Shown here: positions 36,255 to 59,499 of the stretch, piece by piece
Position numbering within the stretch: the stretch's first letter is position 1
How the letters are laid out: the number at the start of each line of letters is the position of its first letter
Source of the DNA: Amoebidium appalachense
Taxonomy: Eukaryota; Protista; Ichthyosporea
Assembly: GCA_963693365.1 (NCBI GenBank)
Contig: CAVNZM010000007.1
Coordinates: 5,639,962-5,703,961 of the forward strand
Reading direction: 5' to 3'
Length of the DNA: 64,000 nucleotides
Notes under the pieces: generated by a model
What the model saw: the letters and a program-made list of their open reading frames with translations, nothing else
Databases searched by the model: none
Told to the model about the DNA's origin: nothing
Made by a program: the position numbers and the translations under genes

Positions 36255-37578
36255 CGCGCGCGCACGCAAGAACATGTGTGGCTGTGTGCATGTGTGTATC
36301 TATTTGGAGATGTTTGGTTGTGGTGGTGGTGGTGGTGGGTGTTTGGGGGGGGGGGGGGAGGAGGCACATACAATACTCTCAGGTTGGTAGCGCATTAAGG
36401 GGGGCTCGAGGTCGCAAGGTTCGATAAACTCGAGGTCAAGCCAGCGTACCTGTTAACCAAAAAGACACACACAAAAAAAAACATTAGTCTTTCCTGGCGG
36501 AAAATAAATCAAAAGGTGGTGGGTTTCTAAAACTATGCTGTGTGAGTTTCAGCAGCCCCCCTCCCCCCCCCCCCCCCCCCCCTCTCCTCCCTCCCCGGGA
36601 TCTTTTTTACTTCCTTCGTTCCCTCGTTTTATTTTTGTTCTCCTTCGGTATTCAAAGTTCATAAATAGGGACCTTGGAATGTGCGCCCAAATGAGACAAA
36701 CAAGGAAGGAAAGATGCCAGCTCCAACCGTGATCTACTTCAAACGTAAGTCATCAGTGGTAGCAATAATTGACGCTCATCACCGAACATGATGACTAACG
36801 GACAGAGTTACCGCTTGGTTGCTAGAGCATTACTGCAATTTTCTGGACGATTTTTTAAACTGTGTTCCTTTTCTACATTCCGTTTTTTCCTTTTTGTTCA
36901 TACTCTCTTTCATTCCTTTTCTTCTTTTTCCTTCATTCTTACTTTCCCCCCTGCTGCTACATATGGCTTCTCATTGTCCTTTTCTTAATTATTCTACATA
37001 TTTATCTTCACAATTTTCTTCACTCTCCTTTTCTTATTATTATTTACACATTTATCTTCACAATCTTCTTCAATCTCCCTTCCTTATTCATAATTTACAT
37101 ATTTAGCGTCACAGTGTTATCATCAGCTTTTGTGCGTGTGCGTGTGCATTTTTTTTTTTTTTTTTTTCCCTCTGTTTGGGGGGGGGGGGGGTTGTTGTAC
37201 CTGGGACATGAGGTTGACCAGGTTTGTGGTCAGCACAGAGCCGTCAAACGACCCATCCAACTGGAAGTGGGACAGCACTGTGTGTGTGTGTGTCGGGGGG
37301 GGGGGGGGGGGGGGGGGGGGGGTCAGTGAGTTAGTGTGTGTCTCTGTGCATGTGTGTGTGCACGCCTGTGTATGCGTGTAAGCGCACGTGTGTGTGTGTG
37401 TGCATGCGTGTGCATGTCCATGTGTGTGTGCACGCACCTGAACGGCAGGTCCGAGTGCACCTGGATCTAGTGTGATTGCCAGCCTGTGTACAGTTTTTGT
37501 CTAGTGTGAACTCGTGCGTGTGTGCCTGTGTGTGTGTGTCTTCTCACCCTTTTCTCCTTTGCCCAGGAGGAGGGAGGG

Positions 37579-37624
<46 letters not shown>

Positions 37625-37857
37625 AGGTGTTACCGTGGTGAAATTGGGTGTGGCACAGCGGGCAGGACTTCTTCACTTTAGACCAGCGCAGAATGCACGA
37701 CAGACTGCAGAAGTGGTGTGTTGTCTTAATTACACGTTGAAAGCTAAAGTTAAATTGCGATCAAAGGACAACATTCTAACAAGACAATAGATATGAAAAA
37801 AAAAAAAAAAAAAAAAAAAGCCTATGGTGCCTGGTTAAGGTAGTGAAGTGCTGTTGT

Positions 37858-37900
<43 letters not shown>

Positions 37901-37970
37901 CGTGTGCATCCAGCATGTGGCGTCTGTGACCTGTGCATGCGTGACAAGGACAATGTGTGTCTGCACGCGC

Positions 37971-38014
<44 letters not shown>

Positions 38015-38996
38015 ATGAGCTACGTGTGCGCAAAACCTGCCCCCCCCCCCCACCCCCCCCTTTGCCCACCTCCTTACTCTTTAGTCCCAGCAAATGGATC
38101 CCGTAGACCTTCTTCCTGTTAGGCTTTGTTCCACTTGCTCCAAAAAACTTGCTCCAAAAAACCCGAAAAAAACCATAGCGCTAACCCACGAGGTGATGGG
38201 CGGGGCATGGAGCGCCAACACACCAATAGGAGTGGCCGCAGGACGGCAGGTGTGCCACGTTTGCGGGAACAAGACCCTCATAGCACACCGGGCAGTTCTT
38301 GAGCAGCTCATAGATGACCTCCACCGTCCCATTCCCATTTTCCTCGACCTCGCTCGTTTGGAGCCACTGCGAGTTGAACGTCTGACCGTGCAGGTTGCAC
38401 CGGAGGGAAAAATCTACGGCGAGTCCGTCTGAAGCCATGTTTGAAAGATGATGTTTTTTGCGTGTGAACAAGGAACCTGTGTGTTTTAGTGGTGAATAAA
38501 ATGTCATTTAGGCAGGTCTTTCATTATTGCGCATCTCCTACTAATGTCAAACCCGTGGTGCCTGCTTTCACCAAAGGACACCTGTAAGCTTATAAAACGA
38601 TGCAAAATTGCACAGAGTGGTCAAAAAAATATACAAATAAACTCTATTGTGCGTGAATCCGCTGTGAACAAACGGACAAAGTATGAGTTTCCTCCAAGTC
38701 TCATAGTGCTTCCCTCAGAAGGCGCGAAAGGATCACACACCCACAACCCCAGCTGAACTCTCAAGTTGCACTTCCATACCTGACCTTCATGACACCAGAT
38801 CCCCCATATTTCAGTCCACCTACGCTGTCCACTTCTGGACACGTTACCCAATCATCCCCCGTCACTCCCCCCCTTTCGCCCTGTCACGCTTTCTCTGCAG
38901 TCACCAAAAAAGAAGAAAGTGGGACGGTGAAGGATGGGGGGGCGGGGAGGGCGGGGAGGGCGGGGAGGGCGGGGGAGGAGGGGAGGGGGCGGAGGT

Positions 38997-39032
<36 letters not shown>

Positions 39033-39427
39033 GGGGGTTACCTTTCACGGCGGCTTGAAAATCAGAAAAAAAAAAGAGGGGGAAGCACAAACAAGGACAG
39101 ACACACACAAACAAGGAGATAATCTAATGGGGCAACTGATAATCAGTGGGGATGCCCGCTGCCATAAAGCCCAAGGGCTATATTTTTGAAAACATAACTT
39201 ATGTAGCGAAACTAACAGCAATATGAATAGTGTGGATATGGTCTTTGCTGGTGCGTTTTCCTTCTAGGCATGTGGAATAGCAGAGAAATTTCTCTCATAA
39301 GTGCATACAGACAAACTTTTGTGTTGTGGCTGTGAGCCCACTCAACTGCAGCGCGCAGTTTAGCGCGCGAAGCTGAAGCGCTCCCTGAGTATTGTTGCGG
39401 ATACACAACTACATGATCTGAAGCCAT
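34356..39427 (-). CDS. C3HC4 RING-finger protein (putative E3 ubiquitin ligase), ~336 aa, ~10 exons
   Basis: Exons: 39427-39317, 38880-38780, 38581-38553 (these three less certain), 38428-38224, 37704-37634, 37277-37201, 36449-36372, 35522-35405, 35077-34971, 34469-34356. Spliced RING: [24 protein letters not shown]|[17 protein letters not shown], followed by QLDGSFDG and a basic tail [11 protein letters not shown]. Confidence 0.8.
35539..35705. repeat. 30-bp minisatellite x5
   Basis: agcaggtgtgtatgtgtatgtgta.gtgta units at 30-bp spacing in a RING-gene intron. Confidence 0.85.
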
Positions 39428-39834
39428 TCATAAAAAGATCTAAATTATCTAATCCGTATGTGTTTTAAAATTTTGGTTGTTAATTATTATTGGTGAAATA
39501 AAAAAGGGTGCGAGTGGCTCGTGAACTGAGCCTGCTGCCGCCTTGCTCACTTGTTTTATAAGATAATTTGAGGATCGAGGGCTCTAACCCAATCGAAACC
39601 ATCGATCTCAGTTACCGTTGTATTGAGAAAGGCTATTGGGGGTTTACGCTGTTTACTCGAGGCAAAGAGAACCAGTCTCAGGTATGGGGGGGGGGGGGTT
39701 TGCTCGGAATATCCCCTCAGCGGTATATCATGATCACGTACATAGATGTCGGGTGGTGACTATATATCAGGGTTTACTTTCTCTACGAGACACCATAAAG
39801 ACTACAAGGAGAAATCAATTAGTTGGGGTTCCCC

Positions 39835-39892
<58 letters not shown>

Positions 39893-39924
39893 GGGCTCCC
39901 CTCGGGACACTCGGTATCAGCTGG

Positions 39925-39975
<51 letters not shown>

Positions 39976-39996
39976 GTGTGTGTGTGTGCGCGTGCG

Positions 39997-40974
39997 CTAT
40001 AATTTTGTAGTGATGTGTTTCTCAAGCCAATCAATACATCTAATAAACAGGTCGTAGTTACGCGTGTTTAGTATAAAATCAAGGATGTTGTAATTTACAG
40101 GTAGGCTATCTTTCTGGGTGTCTGTTGTGAATGTGACGTGTGTGTGTTGCGGTATTATGTGGTCTATCAAACTACATTTGGCGATACATGACCGGTTAAA
40201 CTGGTGTGTGTGTGTGTTGTTTGGGCATGCAAATGATGCCACCTTATACTTATTAGATCTCCACTGTATAGCACGTGTACAGTAAAAGCGTGGTAACTGA
40301 TCAATAATACCATCAGCTAGAGAAAGACCAGTTCTACAGGAAGGTAATATGTATTTAGGTGTTATACACTTGCGAGTGCCATATTTGGCAATATGGTTGA
40401 GGCGGTCAGTATATATAAAACGAGACATAAGGCTTAGTTTTTCAAGGTGTATGCTTTCATCGGGTCTAGTGTCGTGTGGTATCTTTTTCCATTTGTTATA
40501 TTGCGTGATTATCTTGTGATTGTGTACATGTTTAATAAGTAAGTGGCAGTCCAAAGTCACACACACACTATTGCGGGGTTTATTTGTATTTGTGCCCAGG
40601 GGAGAAGGGGAGAGAGAGGGGAGGAAAGAGGGGAGAGGTGAGGAGGGGACAGGTCGGATAGAGAAGAGAGGGTGGGAGGGCAAATACTTCTTTAAGCGGC
40701 TTATGTGCTTATTGAATTTCAGCGCGAGATAGGATACTCTAGCAGCTATTGGGACCAGACCATATATCGAGAGCGTTACAGGCCCAGGTTTACAACAGTT
40801 GTTAGATAGAAAGGAGGCAACTTCTGCTTCAAGGAAATTTGCCAAGGGTTTAAGCGCTCTAGTTCTCTCTTTCTTGATCCAAGCGGCGAGAAGGGGTAAA
40901 CCATATTCACATGCCGGGAAGACAAAAGTGCGAATAAATGTAAGTCTAATTCGCACTTTTGTCTTCCCGGCATG
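39997..40974 (-). mobile_element. 3' fragment of non-LTR retrotransposon ORF2 (post-RT C-terminal region) followed by a (CA)n tract
   Basis: ORF 39997-41127 contains FIRTFVFPACEYGLPLL (LINE 'TFIRPxxEYG' thumb motif), a Cys/His-rich C-terminus (ACP..HQFNRSCIAKC) and NILDFILN. The stop codon is followed within a few bases by (CA)n. A 26-bp inverted repeat marks the 5' end. Confidence 0.7.
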
Positions 40975-41201
40975 CGTCAAACATGTTGATTGGCCGAACA
41001 AAAAGCCTGTCACTGGCTGCATTTGATTGGCTGTGCTGGAAAACGCAGTAGGCCGTCGAATGTGGCTGGGCCTCCGGCAGTGTCCACGCAATAAAAAGTG
41101 TGTAAACCCCAAAAAGCATGTTTCCAATATAGCTAAGCACCAAATTTCAAATTTTTAACTTGGTACCACTATGATGTACATGCGGTATGTACACGTAGGC
41201 T

Positions 41202-41237
<36 letters not shown>

Positions 41238-41506
41238 TGGTAGGTCTTGGTGTACATGCGTCACCCTTCAAGCACAGCGGTCCGTGCAACCACGGCTCTT
41301 TTTTTCGGAGGGCCGTGGTGCAACACGTGCGTGCACTCAGACGGATGGCTAGCTGGGCCCCATGCAGGCGAATGACCAACATGTGCAGACACTTGCAGAC
41401 TACAACCGGGGAGTCGGCGGGAACGCACGCGCACACACCAGCACAGACACGCACGCACACGCTCAAACACACACATGTACCAAGCACGTACACACAGTCC
41501 AACACT

Positions 41507-41510
<4 letters not shown>

Positions 41511-41603
<93 letters not shown>

Positions 41604-41607
41604 TCCC

Positions 41608-41706
<99 letters not shown>

Positions 41707-41710
41707 AGAG

Positions 41711-41746
<36 letters not shown>

Positions 41747-41748
41747 AG

Positions 41749-41785
<37 letters not shown>
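41511..41785. repeat. Compound (CT)n-(AT)n-(CT)n microsatellite
   Basis: Directly visible; this is the only long (AT)n tract in the window. Confidence 0.95.
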
Positions 41786-41787
<2 letters not shown>

Positions 41788-42453
41788 TCGCTCTCTTCCC
41801 TCCCCCCCCCCCCCCCTCCCCCCTTCCCCTCCCTCTCCTTTCATCAAGTAAGCATCTTGAACGCCATGCGCTACACCGTTTTGAAATGCCCGGGCCCCCC
41901 TCCCCCCCGCATCCCCTCGAGCTCTCCTCTCCCTCCCCCCCTCCCCTCCCCATCCCCACCCCGCTCTCCCCGCCTCCGGCCGAGGATCCCCCCCCCCCCC
42001 CCCCCCCCCTCTTGCCCACATCCCCTCAAGCTCCCCCCCCCCCCCTCCGGCCCCCCCCTCCCTCCCCAGCCTTCCCTGCCCCCCCGGCCCCCCCCTTCGC
42101 CCCCACTCCCTCCCTCTCCTCTCCCCCCCTTCCCCCCCAATAATAGTAGTAAATAATAACAATAGCTTAGTAATATTGATTAATAATAATAGTAAATGAC
42201 AATAATTTACCCGGGTTAATTTTTTTTTCAAAGCAGAGCTGAGAGGTAGAGAATCTAAAGAGAGCCCGCGAGACGGGGTAGATGAGAAGGAACTTCGGGG
42301 CAAGGGGAGGGGAGGGGGAGGGGTCCCGGGCACTGGAGAGAGAGGGGGGTGGGGGGGTGAGGGGGCAGATCTGCCCTTGGCCCCTGAGGCCAGGGCCCAG
42401 GGGCAGAGAGTGGGAGAGAGGAAGAGGGGGAAGAGAGACCCAAAAAAATGGTC

Positions 42454-42496
<43 letters not shown>

Positions 42497-43414
42497 GGGC
42501 CTAAAATGAGACCGCCTGGGAATTCGAAAGAGAGAGGGCCAAATGGGATAGACTGAGCTCGAGAGAGAATGAAACGTGTCACTATGTGCAAGTTTATTGA
42601 AATATTTTTTGTAAGTACATATACTGCATAAACCTCACACATACTCACTACTTGCCTACATTTAATTATTCAGATCTAGAAGTCCTTGCATTGTCACCCG
42701 GGGTTGGTCATTGATTTTTTGCCAATAAGTTTGGAACTCGAGTTGGTATGCCACCAACAGTCTTAGAAAGTTTGACTTCGACGTTAATAAACGTACGCGT
42801 GCCGATGATATGTATAGCCTCTGATTAATGACTGAATGCCGCCCAGCTGCAGCTCACCGTTTTGAAACCGCAACTACACGACCGTCGCGCAAGAACCGAG
42901 CTGACGATTGAGTTCGAACAAGCAAGACTTAAAGTTTTTGTATGTACTCTACATGTCACGACGGGGCTTTTAATCACTTGGCACCATGACCACTACTAGG
43001 CTAAAATTATCAACTGATGATCCAGATATGCGACTGTTGATATCAAAATGCAAACCTTGAACGCCCATTCATTCCATGCCCCATGGCACGTGTAAACAGC
43101 GGAATCCTTAAAATATTCTGTCTTGTGACTAGTAGCTCAAATAGTAAGAAAAAAACACTTTTAACGTCATCAAGCGTAGTCCATAGTTATTAACACATCA
43201 GCGTACATAGCACCAGCAGCATAGCAAGACAAAAAAAAAACAAAAAAAAAACGGCCGACTCAAAATTCATCAATTAAAATTTATAGCTTTTACTGTGTCA
43301 CGTAATTGTCAAAAACCTTTATCACACCGTACATATAAATTCATGTCTCTGACTTCATCATGTAATTGTTATATATTTTTTATCAAGCCATATACATGTT
43401 TTCAATTCACACTA

Positions 43415-44130
43415 TGGGGTAGCAAGACACAAAATCGATTTGCACGATGGATGGCTGCGGTTTTGGCGAGCTGCTATTGGTCAACGCCATGGAGCCATGG
43501 TGCTGTTTCAACCAATCGCTACAAAATCCAAAAAAAAAAAAAAAAAAACATTACCGTTGAAAACAAAACAGCGTCTTCTACACTAAAGCTTTGTGCGTTC
43601 TCGTCAATAAGGCCCTGTGCATGCAGCTTTTGTACGCTCTCTATTTTTGCCCTCTTCAGCTTTTCGTCTAATGTTTCTTCCCTCTTTCGCTCCCTTGCAA
43701 GTTTCGAGTATTCACGGTTGTATGCTCGCTTTCGGGACCTTGGGCTCAGGTTTCCCAGGTCCGACCAAGTGCACTTTCGTAAGAGCGCTTGGACGACATG
43801 GCGCGTGCAAATGATCATGAGCTAACATTTCAATGAGACATGTGGGAAAACAGAAACAGGAAAATAATGAGGTTTTCAACAGCGAAGCGAAAACTCAGAA
43901 ACTGGAATGGGCCGTATATACGTATACACACTGTGTGGCGAGTGTGCTCAACCATGATGATGCCTGCGCGCGGCCTGGGATGTGAATCGTGATATTGTAA
44001 TATCACGAAATTTCCCGCCAAAAAAAAACTCCGTTAGAAGATTTTGATTGGTTCATACGTTTTCAATTTTAACTAATCAGGTAGCTCTACAACAGTAGTA
44101 TGCAAATCGATTTTGTGTCTTGCTACCCCA
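43415..44130. mobile_element. 716-bp non-autonomous DNA transposon with 30-bp perfect TIRs and a TA target-site duplication
   Basis: tggggtagcaagacacaaaatcgatttgca (43415-43444) is the exact reverse complement of 44101-44130. TA lies at 43413-14 and 44131-32. The empty site cacTAgcgtaacc is visible in sister repeat copies at ~44308 and ~44492. Confidence 0.9.
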
Positions 44131-44488
44131 TAGCGTAACCACGTGCACACTAATATAGCGTAGCCAAAGCAACATAACAGGTGCGGAGGGAGCCAGTCGA
44201 CTGCGCCACCTGACAGTGTGGATGCGCCGCCAACATAAATTGTGTCACTTTATCATGTATGTTATCGTCTTATATTTTTATCAAGCCATATGTAAGTGTA
44301 ATATTCACACTAGCGTAACCACGTGTGCACCCGTAGCCAAAGCAACGTAACAGGTGCGGAGAGAGCCAGTCTGTGCCACCTGACTTAGTGTGGATGCGCT
44401 GCCAACATAAAGTGTACACTTTACTTTATCATGTATGTAATTGTTTTACAGTTTTAATCAAGCAATATCATTGAAATATTTTTAATAT

Positions 44489-55501
<11,013 letters not shown>

Positions 55502-56710
55502 TCTATTTCACGTCTCCCCTCAGGGTTTTCCCTTCCCGTGTTTATTGTTTCATAAAATCGTTCAACGGTTTTGTGTTTTATTGGCGAGTGGCGCACTGGC
55601 CATGGCGACGTCCGAGGATCTCGAGATCACCTGTTTGCGTGACGGCCGACGAGTCGGCGACGACACGGTCCGTGTTCAGATAGCAACGATACAAGGTCCC
55701 ATATAGGGGGTCTTGGCACAACCTCCCAAAAACAGCCCATATCCACTGAGCCGTGTCGCTCAACTTTGGCTCATGACCAATGAGCCGTGTATACCACCGC
55801 CAAGTTTTTAACCCTAGTGAAACTGTATTTTTACATAGTAAAATTGGGGTGGTGATAGAAGGTGACTAAGAGATGTTTGACGAGTGTAGGCGTGCTTTGG
55901 GGTATTATTAGGCCTCAGAAATGCGATTTATTCATGTCATATCATGTGGTTACGCCCATCAAGCCTTTTTTTTAGCCATCGTGTTTCATATGTAAGTTGA
56001 CCGGGACTTCTTTTTTTCGTTTTCCGACATCTACTGGTAGGGTCGGCCGATGGACGATTTTCACTGATTTTTTGTAAAATGTGTTTTGCTCCTGCAGGAA
56101 TGTTGCCCATGCGGCGTGCGGTCCTACACAGCACCGATATTTCGGGCTCCGCGGGGAATCGTGGATCGTGAGCCTCGGATTTTTGGGCTGAACCGCACGC
56201 ACCTGCGGGCTAGCACTTGATTGGTTTGGGCCGCACCCAGGAATGCGATCGAGGCACACATCCTTTGATGCTTGAACTGACACGTGCCAGTCGGCCACGA
56301 TTAGTGCAGGTGAATGTGCGTGACCAAGAGCAAGCACGCAAGGAGTCTAACTTGAAGTTTCGCGCACGCTACCGTAGTCAAACTGCGTGCGCCGCTCTGT
56401 CAACTTTGTCATTACAACAGAGGTTGTACCATAGAGTCATTATTTCCTTTACGACCAGGTCATCTGCCGGGGAGAACTTCGAAAGTTTTCTTTGTCATTA
56501 GTAAGTCCACTCCTGTTGTTCTCGAAGTTCATATCGTTTGTCAGTTATATACAAGACGTGCCACGGTGTGTTTTTTTTGACACCCTTTTTTAATCACTCT
56601 ACTTCTGCGTTCAATTTGAACCGTGCTACCTTCAATGTTCCTTAAATAAAAATGGAGGCGAAACATTCTGGACGTGTGCACTCCTTGCCACAACAGGCAG
56701 GTTGGTTTTT

Positions 56711-56751
<41 letters not shown>

Positions 56752-57246
56752 CCCCCTCCCGCCCCTACTCTGAAGTCCGCAGCCTCCTTCCCTCCCTCTT
56801 CGCCTCTCCACCCTCTTCCTGCCCTCGCGCTGTACTGGCACGCCTGCAAGACCAGTGTTTGATCTTCGTTTAGGACTGCTGTTCATCTTTTCTCTTCATT
56901 GACTCCTTTCCTTTCTTTTTTCAACACACATGGCTTTCATTCTTGCATCGGGAAGGAGTCTTTTTATGGTGTTTGTGTTTGTGTATGCATGTACTACTTC
57001 GAGCCCATACAGGTATTTTCAGGCCAGTGAGTTTTGCACTTTGGACATGCCTCTCCTTTGCATTCATTCATGGCTTTATAATGAAACGATAATAATGTGT
57101 ACCCAAGCCTTGCCTAAACATTCATGCACGTTTTAATACCATACGTTATCCATAGAAATACATGCTAATTTTTTCTTACTTTACTTAGTCTACACACACT
57201 ATCACTCACACGTACACAGGCACACACCGTGACACACACACACACC

Positions 57247-57278
<32 letters not shown>

Positions 57279-57359
57279 TATTGCTCTACTTTCGTCTGAT
57301 GTTTTGGAGCTACCTCCACATCTCTACGGCCAATCTAGTTTAATCTACGGCCAATCTAG

Positions 57360-57900
57360 TTTAGAGCCCGGGCCTTAGTGGGAGAATTGCATACTCATGG
57401 TTGTTCTGGGGGTCTGGGTATTTCCACGAGAGAATCATACACAATCTTTCGAAAGCCTGGGGGTTCACAACCTTTTGGGCCCACTTCTCGGCCTGGTAAA
57501 TTGCATCGGTCACTGGCATGACCTCAGCAGCATGCTTATCCCTCTATGATATCAGCTTACTCTCAAACTGCGCTAAAAACCGCCTCTTCACAGCCCTCCA
57601 CGCCAAGTTCACTACCTCATGCTGCTCTTCATGCTGAGCAAACAGCTCACCAAACTGACTGCTATCTACAAACAGAGAGCGAGCAGCATGAAACTTTCCG
57701 CGAGCATCATTCTCCAACCCAGCAAGAAACACAAGAGCACGAAAATTTTCTTCGAACAGCTCAAAGTGGGTTCTAGCTTCGGTCACAGGCATGGTGAGGG
57801 GGGGGGTAAGTAAACTTAGCTTGTCTGAGATCAGCGTCAAACTCCCGTCGTCATCCGTCGTCCAGGTACTTGGCCACCGCCTGACATATACTAATCCGTC
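57360..57900 (-). mobile_element. Degenerate LTR-retrotransposon gag-like remnant
   Basis: ORF 57544-57840 (HFELFEENFRALVFLAGL..WRAVKRRFLAQF, a gag capsid-like 'W..K..F...F' motif) continues past a TAG. An LTR-like block with TGTAG/CTACA ends (~58098-58613) lies upstream on the same strand. Confidence 0.5.
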
Positions 57901-58748
57901 TCAGCAGATTAGCCTAAGTCTACGATCGAGATCGGGGGGGGGGGGGGGGGGGGGGGGGGTGGCCCGGGTCCACAGATCATCAAGATCAAGTCCGGGGCCT
58001 CAAGATAGCTGTACAGCTGCGTGCATCTTGCCTCTGCCGGCGCAGGGCATTGGACCACGTCAGCCGGGACAGCCGACCAATAGAATTCTAATTAGTGTGT
58101 AGGATAGATCGTAGGAGGACTTAGGAATGTGATTGTTCGGGCAGAAGCCCTTTTGTAAGTATTGGCAAGGTTAGATAGTGTATGTTGCCAAACGTATTTA
58201 TATATTTAGATGTAGAGGAAAGGGGGGGGAGGGAGGGGGGGGGAGGATAGTATGAAATGTAGATTTAGACTCTGCGGTGCCACTAGGGGGAGGGTGAGGG
58301 GTGAGACATGGATAAATATATTAGTTGAGTAGATCGACTTAGCTCGTGCAGGCGCACGATAAAAGTAGATCGGAATGTTTGGAATGTGGCATCGTAGCCG
58401 GGGCCAGGTGATGATGATCTTTGAGGGCACGGCCTTGATGGCCTCAGTTGTAACTTAGACTCATTCCGTACGGATCTAAGTTTGCCCGTCGGAGCCTGGT
58501 CTGAATAAACTTTACCGTTTTTCTGTACACGTTCGTTCCTTTTCGTGTGTGTACACTTAGTAGAGTGCCGCGTCTCTAGTACACATACATACATTAGGTT
58601 ACGACAAGCTACACCTTTCTTTTAGTGCGGTTTTTCGCGCTAGGGTAACGCGGTGACAGTTCCTTCTGGGCTGTTGCTACACCTCAAACACACAGGAAAA
58701 AAAAAAAAAAAAAAAACAACATAAACACAACCACCCGAACACCACACA

Positions 58749-59024
58749 ATGGCTAAGTTTAATGTAGACATGTTCTACGCATTGGCAGCGGAGGATAGCT
58801 CCCTGCACACACAGGTACCACAGGTTCATACACTAGACGTTAGACAGACCACAGCTTTCAGTTTTACACTCAAACACGACTCGGAAATACCTAGGTGGCT
58901 TAGGACACTCCTAGCTAACACACCCACACTAGTGTTAGACACAAAGAAGGCCCCCACTGTGGCGGCCTCGTGCTTAATGATCAAACAGTGCATCGACCAC
59001 AAAACAATGGCCGACTTATTGTAA
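58749..59024 (+). pseudogene. Unknown ORF truncated by the gypsy LTR insertion
   Basis: A non-repetitive 91-aa ORF whose last codons (TTG TAA) are supplied by the first bases of the LTR at 59020. Confidence 0.4.
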
Positions 59025-59499
59025 ACAACTGTACACATGAACTGTACATGTTTACTAAAGAATGTGATCTACTAGCACACGATTCGTGCTTTGTCATGAA
59101 TATCACATAAATATTATGTCCGCACCAATAGGACTCACTCTGACCTAAGAATTGAACCATATATGGTTCTTCAGCTGCATACCACATAAACGAAGTGAAC
59201 CAATAAGAGGTTTGCATAAATAGGACAAAGGTCTGACTGGCTCGGACCGCACCAGAATCACGAATGGCATGTTGCCACCCGCGCTGGCCGCGGATGAACC
59301 AATCCTGGGCCTTGATCCGAAACCTGGGGGCTATATAAGAAAGCCGTCCCAGTACGGGGATCACATCAGTGAAGTCTGAGACAGACTGAGTCGGCCCATA
59401 GTAAAAGCAACCTGGCCGCGTGTGCCTTTCTACCCGTTCTCTGTCTTTATTTTGATTCAGTTGTACTCTGCCTTATCCTAACTAGTCCAACTGTTTACA
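59020..59499 (+). repeat. Putative 5' LTR of the Ty3/gypsy element (480 bp)
   Basis: TGTAAACA...TGTTTACA inverted ends, TATA box ctatataag at ~59331 and AGTAAA at ~59400, directly upstream of gag. The partner LTR is not in the window. Confidence 0.65.

Noticed and set aside
39042-39053. 12-nt microexon (aag|CCGCCGTGAAAG|gtaacccc) in the RING gene
   Set aside because: It gives TGA in the phase-0 model that fits the flanking exons. It is only viable if a nearby G-run is miscounted.
41230-41425. Complex exon-like island after a poly(T) acceptor
   Set aside because: No recognisable protein or partner exons in any frame.
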